Below, piece by piece: positions 36,089-45,464 of a stretch of 64,000 nt of DNA. Position 1 is the stretch's first letter. Each line of letters begins with the position of its first letter. Below the pieces are notes generated by a model. The model saw only the letters and a list, made by a program, of their open reading frames with translations, did no database searches and was not told the origin of the DNA. The position numbers and the translations under genes are program-made. Source of the DNA: a candidate division WOR-3 bacterium. GTDB taxonomy: Bacteria > Hydrothermota > Tepidihabitantia > SM23-42. The stretch covers positions 30,936-94,935 of the forward strand of contig JAOUFJ010000004.1 of NCBI GenBank assembly GCA_029858255.1, in the 5' to 3' direction.

Positions 36089-36711
36089 ACTGGCACATGT
36101 CTACACGTGGACAGATCCGCTATTTTCAATTTTCGTTGGGGAAAGCTTCAGCAATATATTCGATAAAGAACGGTCAGGACGATCTCATTCGTCACTTTGA
36201 ACCGGTTTTCTTGAAACAAATCCACTCCAATATCATCGTCGACATTGATGTGCAAGCAGAGCGAACGGGAGACGGTTTAATCAGCGCAGGAAAACGAAAT
36301 ATCGGCGTGAAGATCGCCGACTGTCTACCCGTTTACCTCTTCACGCCAGAGAAAACATGTCTTATCCACTGCGGGTGGCGTGGTATTATTGGCGGCATAG
36401 CCAAGGAAGCTGGCAGTTTGCTAAAGGAATTCCATTACGTGCTTGGAGCATCGATAGGATCATGCTGCTACGAAGTTAAGCAGGACGTTGTTGACCAATT
36501 TATTCAGAGTCACCCAAAAGCCTTGCGGCAGTGTAATAACCGATACTATCTCGACTTGAAGGCGGCGGTTATCAACGATCTTGGCTCCAGGAATCTACTG
36601 GGTTCACTTGATTTCTGCACAAAATGCCACCCTGAATATTTCTATTCACACCGACGCGGCGATCGTGAACGTAACTACGCGGTTATTACAAACAACCAGA
36701 CAATAGATTGA
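36085..36711 (+). CDS. pgeF: peptidoglycan editing factor PgeF (YfiH / DUF152 laccase-domain protein)
   Basis: ATG 36085 overlaps the recJ stop (ATGA). Motifs ADCLPVYLF, HCGWRG, CCYEV, CTKCHPEYFYSHRR. Confidence 0.85.
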   Translation: MNWHMSTRGQIRYFQFSLGKASAIYSIKNGQDDLIRHFEPVFLKQIHSNIIVDIDVQAERTGDGLISAGKRNIGVKIADCLPVYLFTPEKTCLIHCGWRGIIGGIAKEAGSLLKEFHYVLGASIGSCCYEVKQDVVDQFIQSHPKALRQCNNRYYLDLKAAVINDLGSRNLLGSLDFCTKCHPEYFYSHRRGDRERNYAVITNNQTID

Positions 36712-36735
36712 CACCACCTGGTTTCGGACTAAAAT
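36708..36735 (+). promoter_or_regulatory. sigma70-type promoter (TTGACA-16-TAAAAT), leaderless configuration
   Basis: TTGACA 36708-36713 overlaps the pgeF stop. TAAAAT 36730-36735. 6 nt to ATG 36742. Confidence 0.55.
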
Positions 36736-36741
36736 GACGCA

Positions 36742-38808
36742 ATGAAGAGCCTCTGTTTCTTTCTCTTGATCCCCCTTGCACTGTTCGCTCAAGATTGGAC
36801 AATGCTCGTATATGTCGCTGCGGACAATGACCTCGCGCAATGGGCGGATTCCGACCTGGTGGAGATGGAACTAATCGGCAGTAATCAGAATGTATCGGTG
36901 GTCGCTCAAATCGACAAACCATATATCGGCGCGAAGCGGATGCTCGTTAACCAGGGGTCATCTTATGTCATACAGGAACTTGGTGTCATCGACATGTGTG
37001 CATGGGAAACCTTGTATGACTTTCTCGCCTGGGGAATAAGTAGCTTCCCCGCCGACAGGTATCTGGTAATACTCTGGGATCATGGCTCGGGATGGAGCGC
37101 AATGCCCAATCGTTCTTTCGGCGCCGACTGGTCCAGCGGAAATGTTTTGAGCATAGCAAACGGCGATTTCGAAAAAGCACTGGATAACGCTTACCAGTAC
37201 ACCGGAGAGCGTATCGATCTTTTTGCCTTCGATGCATGTCTAATGCAGCAAATCGAGGTCGCCTTCGAACTCAAAGATTTCGCCCATATATTGCTCGCCC
37301 CCCAATCGATAATGCCGCTCCCGGGTTTCCGTTATGATGAAGTAATTCAAATCATCCACGCTGATCCGGGGATAAACGCCGCGGATCTTTCGCGTGGCAT
37401 CGCACAAAGTACCGTGAGCAACTATCAGAACATCCAACCCATCGCCATTGCATCAGTCAACCTGCTGAGATTGAACGAGATACAGAACGATTTCGTCAAT
37501 CTGGCCAGTGTATTGATGTATGAATCACCCGGTGCGGCATTGCGCGCCGTGAGGCAGAATGTTCAGACAATCCCGTCAATCGGCTGCACTCCTGATACCA
37601 GTGACGATTTCATAGACCTTGGAGATTTCATCCTGGGTCTGGACAACATCTACACCGGCGGCGAGATCGACCGCCTCATCGATTCCTATGACCTTGCCGT
37701 AGCATACACGTCATACTGGGGAGAAGCCTTTGCACAAACCACAGGCATGACTATCTGGTTCCCTGATGTGTATCGGCAATTCAAACAGCAGTTCTACGAT
37801 TATGATAACCTTGAGTGGAGTCGTTCGAATTGGCTCAGATTTCTCAACTGGTACTATGACAGCGACGACATCAGACCAACCAGACCGTCATTAGAGGCAA
37901 CTGCACCCGGCAATGACAATGAATTCACCCTCAGCTGGGCAGGATCTTATGATCTGGCACCATTGAAATATGATGTCTTTGAGATGTCCCGTTTGATGCC
38001 GGTTTTCAGTGATCCGTGCGAGGATTCAAGCCAGTGGAACTTTTCGGGGTTCGCCCTCACCTCGCTCAATCATTATACCGGTAGTTATTCTTTTTTCTCC
38101 GGGAATACCGGGAATCTGAACAACTATATCGAGACCAAGGACAACATCGAAATCGAAGGAATCGGAATGATGCATCTCTATCTCCATCATAATACCGAGG
38201 ACATGACTGATTCCCTGATCATCCAGTACGGACCATTCCAGGATGTGCATTACGGATATTCAGGGGGCTGGATTCAAAGAACGATTTTACTGCCACCAGG
38301 TGATTATCCCATCCGCATATTCTACCGAACCAATAGCGTCAATAACCTGGGCGGTTGCTACATCGATGATATCCAGCTTTACATACTGACGGATGCTCGT
38401 ACTGCTGGCAACGACCTCGACGAAACGCACCTCAGGCTTTTCAACGTACCGCGCGGTGTTCATCAATACTTGGTGTATGCCGAGGATTCCTATGGCAACA
38501 CGAGCAACCTCAGCAACATACTGGAAGTGGACATCGAACAGTATGCTGCTCCGTACTCGATCCCAAACCCCTTCCAGACATCGTGCTACATCGCTCTCGA
38601 TTACCCTGACACCCTTAACCCGACGGTAGAATTATTCTCGCTGCGTGGGGCACGTGTAAAGAAATTCTATCCCAATCAGATCGTTGATAAGAAGATCTTC
38701 TGGGACGGTAAGGACGAGGACAGCCGTGATATCGCGGCCGGCGTGTACTTTATCCTGGTGAAGGATGCCGGGTTCAAAAAGATCGGGAAGATCGCAAGGC
38801 AACGATGA
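36742..38808 (+). CDS. secreted clostripain-family (C11) cysteine peptidase with a FlgD-Ig/T9SS-like C-terminal domain
   Basis: Signal peptide. MLVYVAADNDL, His-Cys dyad contexts ILWDHGSGW and FAFDACLMQ. C-terminal beta-sandwich IFWDGKDEDSRDIAAGVYFILVK. Confidence 0.8.
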   Translation: MKSLCFFLLIPLALFAQDWTMLVYVAADNDLAQWADSDLVEMELIGSNQNVSVVAQIDKPYIGAKRMLVNQGSSYVIQELGVIDMCAWETLYDFLAWGISSFPADRYLVILWDHGSGWSAMPNRSFGADWSSGNVLSIANGDFEKALDNAYQYTGERIDLFAFDACLMQQIEVAFELKDFAHILLAPQSIMPLPGFRYDEVIQIIHADPGINAADLSRGIAQSTVSNYQNIQPIAIASVNLLRLNEIQNDFVNLASVLMYESPGAALRAVRQNVQTIPSIGCTPDTSDDFIDLGDFILGLDNIYTGGEIDRLIDSYDLAVAYTSYWGEAFAQTTGMTIWFPDVYRQFKQQFYDYDNLEWSRSNWLRFLNWYYDSDDIRPTRPSLEATAPGNDNEFTLSWAGSYDLAPLKYDVFEMSRLMPVFSDPCEDSSQWNFSGFALTSLNHYTGSYSFFSGNTGNLNNYIETKDNIEIEGIGMMHLYLHHNTEDMTDSLIIQYGPFQDVHYGYSGGWIQRTILLPPGDYPIRIFYRTNSVNNLGGCYIDDIQLYILTDARTAGNDLDETHLRLFNVPRGVHQYLVYAEDSYGNTSNLSNILEVDIEQYAAPYSIPNPFQTSCYIALDYPDTLNPTVELFSLRGARVKKFYPNQIVDKKIFWDGKDEDSRDIAAGVYFILVKDAGFKKIGKIARQR

Positions 38809-39692
38809 GGAAAAACATCGCGATCATTGCGCATGGTGGAGCCGGCGGAATAAATCATGCCCGCCGTCGTCTTCGCGGCCTTAAAGAAGCCGTGAGAGAA
38901 GGCTACGATATCCTCTACGGTGGAGGATCAAGCATTGATGCTGTTGAGAAAGCAGCCGTGATTCTCGAAGACGCCCCGATTTTTAACGCTGGGACGGGTT
39001 CCTATCTCAATCTATCAGGCGAGGTAGAAATGGACGCCTCGATCATGACCGGCGAACTGAAGTTTGGCGCCGTCGGGGTGATCAGAGACGTCAAGAACCC
39101 GATAAGTATTGCGCGCATGGTCATGGAGAAAACCGACCACCTTCTGCTGTGCGGTGACAATGCAATAAAATTCGCCCGCTATATGGGCATGCCATACCAT
39201 GATCCAAAGACAAGGGAGAAAGAACTCATCTGGCAAAGAGGAAAACGAAAGCGCGAAAGCAAATACTTTGAGAAAATATGGGAACTCAATGATTACTTTG
39301 GCACGATAGGAGTGGTCGCGATCGATATGAACGGACTGATTTCTGTCGCCACATCAAGCGGCGGGATAAATCTGCGTTTGCCTGGACGGGTTGGTGACAC
39401 ACCCATCATCGGCGCGGGAACTTATGCCGACCACAACGGTGGAGTCAGCACGACCGGACATGGCGAAGAGATAATGAGACAACTTCTTGCTTTTCGCGCT
39501 GTGACATTGATGTCAAAATCAAGAGCACTCGAGGCAGGAAAACAAGTACTGTCTCATGCAACAAAGTCAGGATGCCGATGCGGAATGGTCGGCATCGATA
39601 AGAACACCAACATACTCTGCCTCAACAACACCAAGGCAATGTCCTGGTGTTATATCAAAACCGGGAGAATGCGCGCTTTTCTTCATGAGTAA
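38805..39692 (+). CDS. isoaspartyl peptidase / L-asparaginase (Ntn-hydrolase, asparaginase-2 family)
   Basis: HGGAG N-terminus, autoprocessing nucleophile context FGTIGVVAID, TSSGG, GAGTYAD. Confidence 0.85.
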   Translation: MRKNIAIIAHGGAGGINHARRRLRGLKEAVREGYDILYGGGSSIDAVEKAAVILEDAPIFNAGTGSYLNLSGEVEMDASIMTGELKFGAVGVIRDVKNPISIARMVMEKTDHLLLCGDNAIKFARYMGMPYHDPKTREKELIWQRGKRKRESKYFEKIWELNDYFGTIGVVAIDMNGLISVATSSGGINLRLPGRVGDTPIIGAGTYADHNGGVSTTGHGEEIMRQLLAFRAVTLMSKSRALEAGKQVLSHATKSGCRCGMVGIDKNTNILCLNNTKAMSWCYIKTGRMRAFLHE

Positions 39693-39720
39693 TTGACAAA
39701 ACCGGTTCGCTATATATAAT
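39693..39720 (+). promoter_or_regulatory. sigma70-type promoter (TTGACA-16-TATAAT), leaderless configuration
   Basis: TTGACA 39693-39698, TATAAT 39715-39720, 5 nt to ATG 39726. Confidence 0.55.
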
Positions 39721-39725
39721 TCCCA

Positions 39726-39923
39726 ATGGCAAAGATCGATAATGTACTGTGCCCGGTGTGCTTATTCACCTCGAATTATATTAATCTGATAATCACCGAC
39801 GAGGAATTCTACATGTGCCCCAAGTGTAAAGCGACCTTCTCCTATGAGGAACTGATGCAGTTATATACGATCAGCCAGTTCAGCTACGACATCAGCAAAA
39901 CGAACCAAAAGCCAAGCCCGTAG
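39726..39923 (+). CDS. 65-aa zinc-ribbon protein (CPVC..CPKC)
   Basis: Two CPxC pairs 20 aa apart. Dedicated consensus promoter placed for a leaderless mRNA. Confidence 0.45.
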   Translation: MAKIDNVLCPVCLFTSNYINLIITDEEFYMCPKCKATFSYEELMQLYTISQFSYDISKTNQKPSP

Positions 39924-39947
39924 TTACAGCAGATTCAATTCTTGAGA

Positions 39948-40919
39948 TCAAAATAAATCTTCAATTTCCTGCGCGGATGGTAAGCGCTGGTTTTTGTAGA
40001 AAAAAATCTTGCGGTAGTCCTCTTGCGTATCGGCATGGTCTGCAATACAGCACCAATCAAAGGATAACAAACGTGCGTTGGCAATGATGCTGCCCACCAA
40101 CAACTCACCAATCAAGATTCCTGCTGCTACGGCAAGGGCAATCGGGGTCGCAAGGGTTTTTATGGATAATTTTATCTTTGGCTCCTTCTTCTTGACCGAA
40201 GGCTTTGCGTAAGCAACCTCAATTTGCCCCGTTGACTGCAGATGATAAAGACATGCATACGTATGAAACTTACCAAGCCCTGAGATCTCTAGAAGATCGT
40301 CAACACTGCGCCTCTCATCAATCAATGATAATACACGTGCTTCATCTTCTTTCAGTTGCAGCTTCAGCTCTGGACGATCGACCCGCCTAAAAACGATATC
40401 ACCAGAAGAAATAGCCTTCGAAATCCTTGGCCATTCATCGAGCCGGCGCGCCGATTCCAATATCAATCCTTCAGTATGCATCCTGATTTTTATCACGCTT
40501 TTCGGGTATATCAGCACACCCTCTTCAAATTTGAATTCGCCTTCATCCCACGTGAACAACTCGTCCATTACTTCCTGGATTTTGAACTTAATTGTACGCT
40601 CGATTTCTTCTATTGTCAGATATTTATCCTCAATGATGATATTTATGACCGGCCTCTTGGTCTCGCGATGAATGTCCTCGATCATCTCGAAAAGATTCTT
40701 ACCGATCATTCCTGATTTGACCAAATATGTTTCTAATCTTTCTACGCGTTCACCCACCTCAAAAAAGGCGCCTGCAACATCACCATCAATGAAACCCACA
40801 TCGGCTATTTCTGGATATTTCTTGATCTTAAGCACGCCGGTCAGCTGCTCGCGCGAAATCAGCTGCAGGACACTCGTGATATTAAGGCTCCTCAGATCGC
40901 CTTCAATCGCCATGCACAC
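39948..40919 (-). CDS. DUF4388 (PatA-N-like) domain protein with a C-terminal TM segment
   Basis: N-terminal GDLRSLNITSVLQLISREQLTGVLKI is the DUF4388 signature. A second DUF4388-like half is present. Hydrophobic C-terminus. Confidence 0.6.
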   Translation of the reverse strand: MCMAIEGDLRSLNITSVLQLISREQLTGVLKIKKYPEIADVGFIDGDVAGAFFEVGERVERLETYLVKSGMIGKNLFEMIEDIHRETKRPVINIIIEDKYLTIEEIERTIKFKIQEVMDELFTWDEGEFKFEEGVLIYPKSVIKIRMHTEGLILESARRLDEWPRISKAISSGDIVFRRVDRPELKLQLKEDEARVLSLIDERRSVDDLLEISGLGKFHTYACLYHLQSTGQIEVAYAKPSVKKKEPKIKLSIKTLATPIALAVAAGILIGELLVGSIIANARLLSFDWCCIADHADTQEDYRKIFFYKNQRLPSAQEIEDLF

Positions 40920-42627
40920 CCCTTATTGCCAAAAATGTATAAACATACGCGAATAAGGCAACTACTACAGCAATCACCACGAAGATGGACGACAGTGGAA
41001 GGCTTACCCACCCAGCCGGCTTGACGAAGAATTGAGGGAGCAGCAGCGGTGTGTAGGTAAGCATGACCAAATAAACAACACAGAGCCCTGAAAAATTCTT
41101 ATTCAGATAGATTAAACCGGCACCCGGGACAATGGCGTTAAGTAAATACGCGATCGTTCTTTTCATCCGGCGGTGGCGGTTGCCAACCGAGTGTCTTAAC
41201 AACTGTTCCATTTCCACATTTTCCGTCGTCTTCAATTTCGCAAAGCATTCCTTGCAGATAATTTCATCTGCCTCAGCTTCCTGACACTTCCTGCATATCG
41301 CCCGGCCACAGGTAGTACAATAAAATGGCGGAGGGAATCTATAGGGGAGAAACGATAGGACAAATATGGCCAGTGACGCAAAAAAGAATATCGGATTGAT
41401 CGCACCGAAAAGATCGAGTTTTTCGGAAAGAAGAATTCGATAAAATTCACTGGTGGAAGGCATGATATCAAGGGGTTCCGTGGATGAAGACGAAAACCCG
41501 CGGCGCCGGGCCTCGGCCATGTATCTTGATGATTCGCTGTACTCAAGACTTCTCAATTTCAACAGGCCCATGTTAAAGAAAGGCTCACCTTTACTTCCCG
41601 CCCTCATTGTGTAGCTATAGAGAGTCTCTGCTCTCGCAACCTCACCATAAATGAAATATATGTTCGCCAGATTGTTCACAACTGCGATTTCACGGCGCCC
41701 GGTATAGTACATTTCTTCGTACAGAGACATTGACCTTTCAAGATCACCCACCTGTTTCAAGGCATAAGCCTCGAAGAGCTTTTCCTGTTCATTATCCGAG
41801 TCAAGCGTCATGCTGTTGTCATAATGCACCATTTCGTAGAGTCTATAGCTCTTCGAATCTTTCGATAGAAACAGCATCAAATCGTGCAGCGGCAACGAAA
41901 AAACGAAAACAACAATCATGAAGCACAAAATACCTCTAAGCAAGTTCCGTTCGTGCTTGCTAAAAACAAAGAGCAGGAGAACTGCATAGCTCACAAAGAT
42001 CAGGAAAAGATTGCGGAACACCAGTACTGGGAAGAGCAGAGCGACCAGTCCGATTATTCCCTTCAACCTACCATGCTCCTGTATATCAATACGGTGACTG
42101 ATCACAGGAAGGTAATATACTGTCTTGGACGCGACATACACGAATCCACACATGAAGAACGCTAAAAAGACGAGAACAATTCCGTTGGCAATGAAGAATA
42201 TCTGGCTCCTGAAATCTGTAAAAACCGGAAGGGCGAGGGCCGATATCACCGGATCGACCTTCCGCGATTTGGCGGCCAGCGCAAGGAAGGAAAGAAAATT
42301 CTCGACCGCCGAGGAATCTAAATGACTGGCGAGATTGAGCTTGTTCATCGCTGTCTCGTAGTCATCGGCCTCTTTTGCCTCCCATCGCAATGCGGCTGAA
42401 ATATGGAAATTTCGCCTGAAATGAGTCCGCATTAGTAGCGAATCGGCCTGCGGGTCATTAGCAGTGTTGCGCCAGAACCAGAGCACAACCGGATCATCGG
42501 CAAAATCAGAAATTTTGTAACGGCCCTGCGTTAGACCAACGAAAACAGCCTCACTCCTGGGTGACTGGAGAAAGGCTTTGTAACTTGTGTCAAACTGAAA
42601 AACCACGAGTAAAACTACCGCCAGCAT
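40903..42627 (-). CDS. polytopic membrane protein with cytoplasmic TPR-like region and a zinc ribbon
   Basis: Multiple TM blocks, TPR-like segment (LFEAYALKQVGDLERSMSLYEEMYY..), CTTCGRAICRKCQ..ICKECF. 17-nt overlap with the DUF4388 gene. Confidence 0.5.
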   Translation of the reverse strand: MLAVVLLVVFQFDTSYKAFLQSPRSEAVFVGLTQGRYKISDFADDPVVLWFWRNTANDPQADSLLMRTHFRRNFHISAALRWEAKEADDYETAMNKLNLASHLDSSAVENFLSFLALAAKSRKVDPVISALALPVFTDFRSQIFFIANGIVLVFLAFFMCGFVYVASKTVYYLPVISHRIDIQEHGRLKGIIGLVALLFPVLVFRNLFLIFVSYAVLLLFVFSKHERNLLRGILCFMIVVFVFSLPLHDLMLFLSKDSKSYRLYEMVHYDNSMTLDSDNEQEKLFEAYALKQVGDLERSMSLYEEMYYTGRREIAVVNNLANIYFIYGEVARAETLYSYTMRAGSKGEPFFNMGLLKLRSLEYSESSRYMAEARRRGFSSSSTEPLDIMPSTSEFYRILLSEKLDLFGAINPIFFFASLAIFVLSFLPYRFPPPFYCTTCGRAICRKCQEAEADEIICKECFAKLKTTENVEMEQLLRHSVGNRHRRMKRTIAYLLNAIVPGAGLIYLNKNFSGLCVVYLVMLTYTPLLLPQFFVKPAGWVSLPLSSIFVVIAVVVALFAYVYTFLAIRGVHGD

Positions 42628-42633
42628 AGGGAA

Positions 42634-42661
42634 ATTATAGAAGAAATCCCATGCTTGTCAA
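42634..42661 (-). promoter_or_regulatory. sigma70-type promoter (TTGACA-16-TATAAT, minus strand), leaderless configuration
   Basis: Minus-strand TTGACA 42661-42656, TATAAT 42639-42634, 6 nt to ATG 42627. Confidence 0.55.
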
Positions 42662-42730
42662 TACTTAATCGATACTTAATTCTGATAATGCCGAATTATT
42701 CGCATAAGTGCCATGTTTCAAGCACTTTTC

Positions 42731-42758
42731 TTGACTTTTGGACTATATTGACTATAAT
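42731..42758 (+). promoter_or_regulatory. sigma70-type promoter of the oxidoreductase operon (TTGACT-16-TATAAT)
   Basis: TTGACT 42731-42736, TATAAT 42753-42758. About 65-nt leader with SD AAAGGAGGA. Confidence 0.55.
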
Positions 42759-42828
42759 AAATTAGAATTATTGATAACGTCCTGTACCATGTCGATGAAT
42801 CAAAGTAGCAATCAGAAAGGAGGACTTA

Positions 42829-43035
42829 ATGCCTCAGGTCAAGATTTTAGAGGAAGTTTGCAAGGGTTGCGGCCTTTGTTGCGATGAAGTCTGCCCGGTA
42901 AATATCCTGATTCTGGCGGATCGAATCAATGCCAATGGTTATCATCCAGCTGAAGTCACCGATAATAGCAAATGTATTGGTTGCGGATACTGCTTCAAAA
43001 TCTGCCCCGAACCAGCAATAGAAGTTTACAAGTAG
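42829..43035 (+). CDS. 2-oxoacid:ferredoxin oxidoreductase delta subunit (2x[4Fe-4S] ferredoxin)
   Basis: CKGCGLCCDEVCP and CIGCGYCFKICP cluster motifs. Confidence 0.8.
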   Translation: MPQVKILEEVCKGCGLCCDEVCPVNILILADRINANGYHPAEVTDNSKCIGCGYCFKICPEPAIEVYK

Positions 43036-43045
43036 AGGAGAAGAA

Positions 43046-44113
43046 ATGCCAGAAAAGAAATTAATGTATGGCAATCATGCAATAGTCGAGGGTGTGATCG
43101 CAGCCGGTTGTCGGTTCTTTGCTGGATATCCTATTACCCCCCAAAATGAAATCCCTGAACTCATGTCAATCAGGATGAACGAGATAGGAGGGGTATTCAT
43201 CCAAACCGAGAGTGAAATCGCAGCAATTAATATGCTCTTCGGTGCAGCCGCAGCTGGGAAGCGGGCGATGACTTCATCCTCTTCACCCGGTATCAGCCTT
43301 ATGCAGGAAGGGATTTCATATATTGCAGGTGCCGACATACCAGTGCTTGTTGTGAATGTCGTCAGAGGAGGACCGGGCCTCGGCAATATCGCGCCGGCTC
43401 AATCTGATTATTATCAGGCAACAAAAGGTGGTGGTCATGGCGATTACTTCACGATAACCCTGGCTCCGAATTCAGCTCAGGAACTGTATGAATTCCCTAA
43501 ACTGGCTTTTGAGCTAGCCGAGAAATACCGTAATCCAGCTCTAATCCTTGCAGATGGTCTGCTCGGACAGATGATGGAACCAGTGGAGTTCACGTACGAG
43601 GCGGTCGATCCCGACACACTGCCAGAACCGTCCTATGCCCTGAGCGGATGCAAAGGCAGGGAGCGTCGCGTGGTGCGGTCATACGATCTAAAACCCGGCA
43701 AGCTTGAGGAAATGAACTGGCAGAGGCTAAAAAAATACCGGAAGATACAGGAAGCAGAACAGCGGTTCGAAGCTACGGCATGCGACGACGCTGACCTCGT
43801 TATCATCGCTTACGGAACCTGCGCTCGCGTATGTGACGCGGCAGTCAGGATTGCCCACGCCAAAGGACAAAAGGTTGGGCTGCTTAGACCCATAACCCTC
43901 TGGCCGTTTCCCAACAAGATCATGGCTGATATGTCGAAAAAAATCAAGAATTTCCTGGTGGTGGAAATGAATATGGGACAGATGATCGATGATGTCAGAC
44001 TGGCCACTGAATGCAGGAGCAAGATACATTTCCATGGTCGACCCGGAGGCGGTGTGCCCACACCGCCCGAGATATACGAGAAGATCCAAACGATCTTGGG
44101 AGGTGCGCGATGA
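43046..44113 (+). CDS. korA: 2-oxoacid (probably 2-oxoglutarate):ferredoxin oxidoreductase alpha subunit
   Basis: N-terminus GNHAIVEGVIAAGCRFFAGYPITPQNEI. DABC gene order as in Oor/Kor-type enzymes. Confidence 0.8.
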   Translation: MPEKKLMYGNHAIVEGVIAAGCRFFAGYPITPQNEIPELMSIRMNEIGGVFIQTESEIAAINMLFGAAAAGKRAMTSSSSPGISLMQEGISYIAGADIPVLVVNVVRGGPGLGNIAPAQSDYYQATKGGGHGDYFTITLAPNSAQELYEFPKLAFELAEKYRNPALILADGLLGQMMEPVEFTYEAVDPDTLPEPSYALSGCKGRERRVVRSYDLKPGKLEEMNWQRLKKYRKIQEAEQRFEATACDDADLVIIAYGTCARVCDAAVRIAHAKGQKVGLLRPITLWPFPNKIMADMSKKIKNFLVVEMNMGQMIDDVRLATECRSKIHFHGRPGGGVPTPPEIYEKIQTILGGAR

Positions 44114-44859
44114 CACAGCTTTTTGGAAGACCCCAGGGCCTGACAGACGTTCTGCAACGATATTGCCCTGGATGCGGTCACGGTATCGTACATCGGATAA
44201 TCGGCGACCTCCTGGTTAAATTGGATATTCGAGAACGCGCCGTCGGCATCGCACCGGTAGGTTGTTCGGTATTTGCCGATGAGTACTTCAATTGCGATAT
44301 GATACAACCCCCGCACGGAAGGGGGCCTGCGGTTTCAACCGGAATAAAAAGAGCTCGACCAGACTCTTTTGTCTTCAGCTACCAGGGAGACGGTGATCTC
44401 GCGGCAATCGGCACGGCCGAGATTGTGCACGCGGCCGCGCGCAACGAGAATATTACCATTATCTTTATTAACAACGCTATCTTCGGCATGACCGGCGGTC
44501 AACTTGCACCGACGACTCTACCCGGGATGAAATCGACAACCTCGGTACAGGGGCGCGATGTCAAGAAACATGGGTATCCGATAAAAATCTGTGAACTGCT
44601 TGCCGGTCTTGACGGACCGTACTATCTCGTCAGAACCGCCGTCAACACGCCGAAACATGTGATCAACACGGAGAAAGCGATTAAAACGGCATTCGTAAAT
44701 CAGATTGAAAACAAGGGTTTTTCCATGGTTGAGATTCTGTCAATGTGTCCTACAAACTGGGGACTGACTCCGATACAGTCAAAGAAATGGATCGATGATA
44801 AGATGATAAAATACTTCCCACTTGGCGAGTACCGGAACCGGGCAAAGGAGGAGAAATGA
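44110..44859 (+). CDS. korB: 2-oxoacid:ferredoxin oxidoreductase beta subunit (TPP-binding)
   Basis: ATG 44110 overlaps the korA stop. CPGCGHG and the TPP motif YQGDGDLAAIG..NN..FGMTGGQ. Confidence 0.85.
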   Translation: MTQLFGRPQGLTDVLQRYCPGCGHGIVHRIIGDLLVKLDIRERAVGIAPVGCSVFADEYFNCDMIQPPHGRGPAVSTGIKRARPDSFVFSYQGDGDLAAIGTAEIVHAAARNENITIIFINNAIFGMTGGQLAPTTLPGMKSTTSVQGRDVKKHGYPIKICELLAGLDGPYYLVRTAVNTPKHVINTEKAIKTAFVNQIENKGFSMVEILSMCPTNWGLTPIQSKKWIDDKMIKYFPLGEYRNRAKEEK

Positions 44860-45389
44860 CAATGGAGATCATCATTGCTGGATTCGGTGGACAGGGAGTG
44901 GTTTCCTCGGGCATAATACTGGGACATGCCGGGCTGTCTGAGAACAAAAATGTCACATTCTTTCCCTCTTATGGCGCGGAAATGCGGGGAGGTACTGCCA
45001 ATTGTTCGGTCGTGATATCAACCCAACCGGTCGCTTCGCCAATTGTTGCGAGCCCGGACGTTGTCGTGATCATGAACGAACCCTCTCTTGCTCGATTTGA
45101 ACCCATGGTGAAACCAGGTGGCATTCTATTCTACAACAAAACATTGATCAAATCAGCTCCCAAAAGAACAGATATGACCGTGATCCCAATTGAAGCGAAC
45201 GCAATCGCTGAAGAGCTTGGTCAAGGCCGTATCGCGAATATGGTCATGCTCGGCGCTCTCATCAAGAAAACCGGGATCCTCAAAATCGAAACGCTGAAAA
45301 TGGCGCAACGCGAACGCTTCACCAAAGCAGGCGAAGAACAGCTATCATTAAATGACAGGGCGTTGGACCGCGGCTATGAACTACTATGA
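44856..45389 (+). CDS. 2-oxoacid:ferredoxin oxidoreductase gamma subunit
   Basis: IAGFGGQGVVSSG..YGAEMRGG pattern. ATGA overlap. Confidence 0.85.
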   Translation: MTMEIIIAGFGGQGVVSSGIILGHAGLSENKNVTFFPSYGAEMRGGTANCSVVISTQPVASPIVASPDVVVIMNEPSLARFEPMVKPGGILFYNKTLIKSAPKRTDMTVIPIEANAIAEELGQGRIANMVMLGALIKKTGILKIETLKMAQRERFTKAGEEQLSLNDRALDRGYELL

Positions 45390-45464
45390 CCGGGGACATT
45401 TTGATCGCGTTGTTCATATAGTTCTTGCCGTCGACACAGGCAGATTTCTTTGCACACTATAAAC

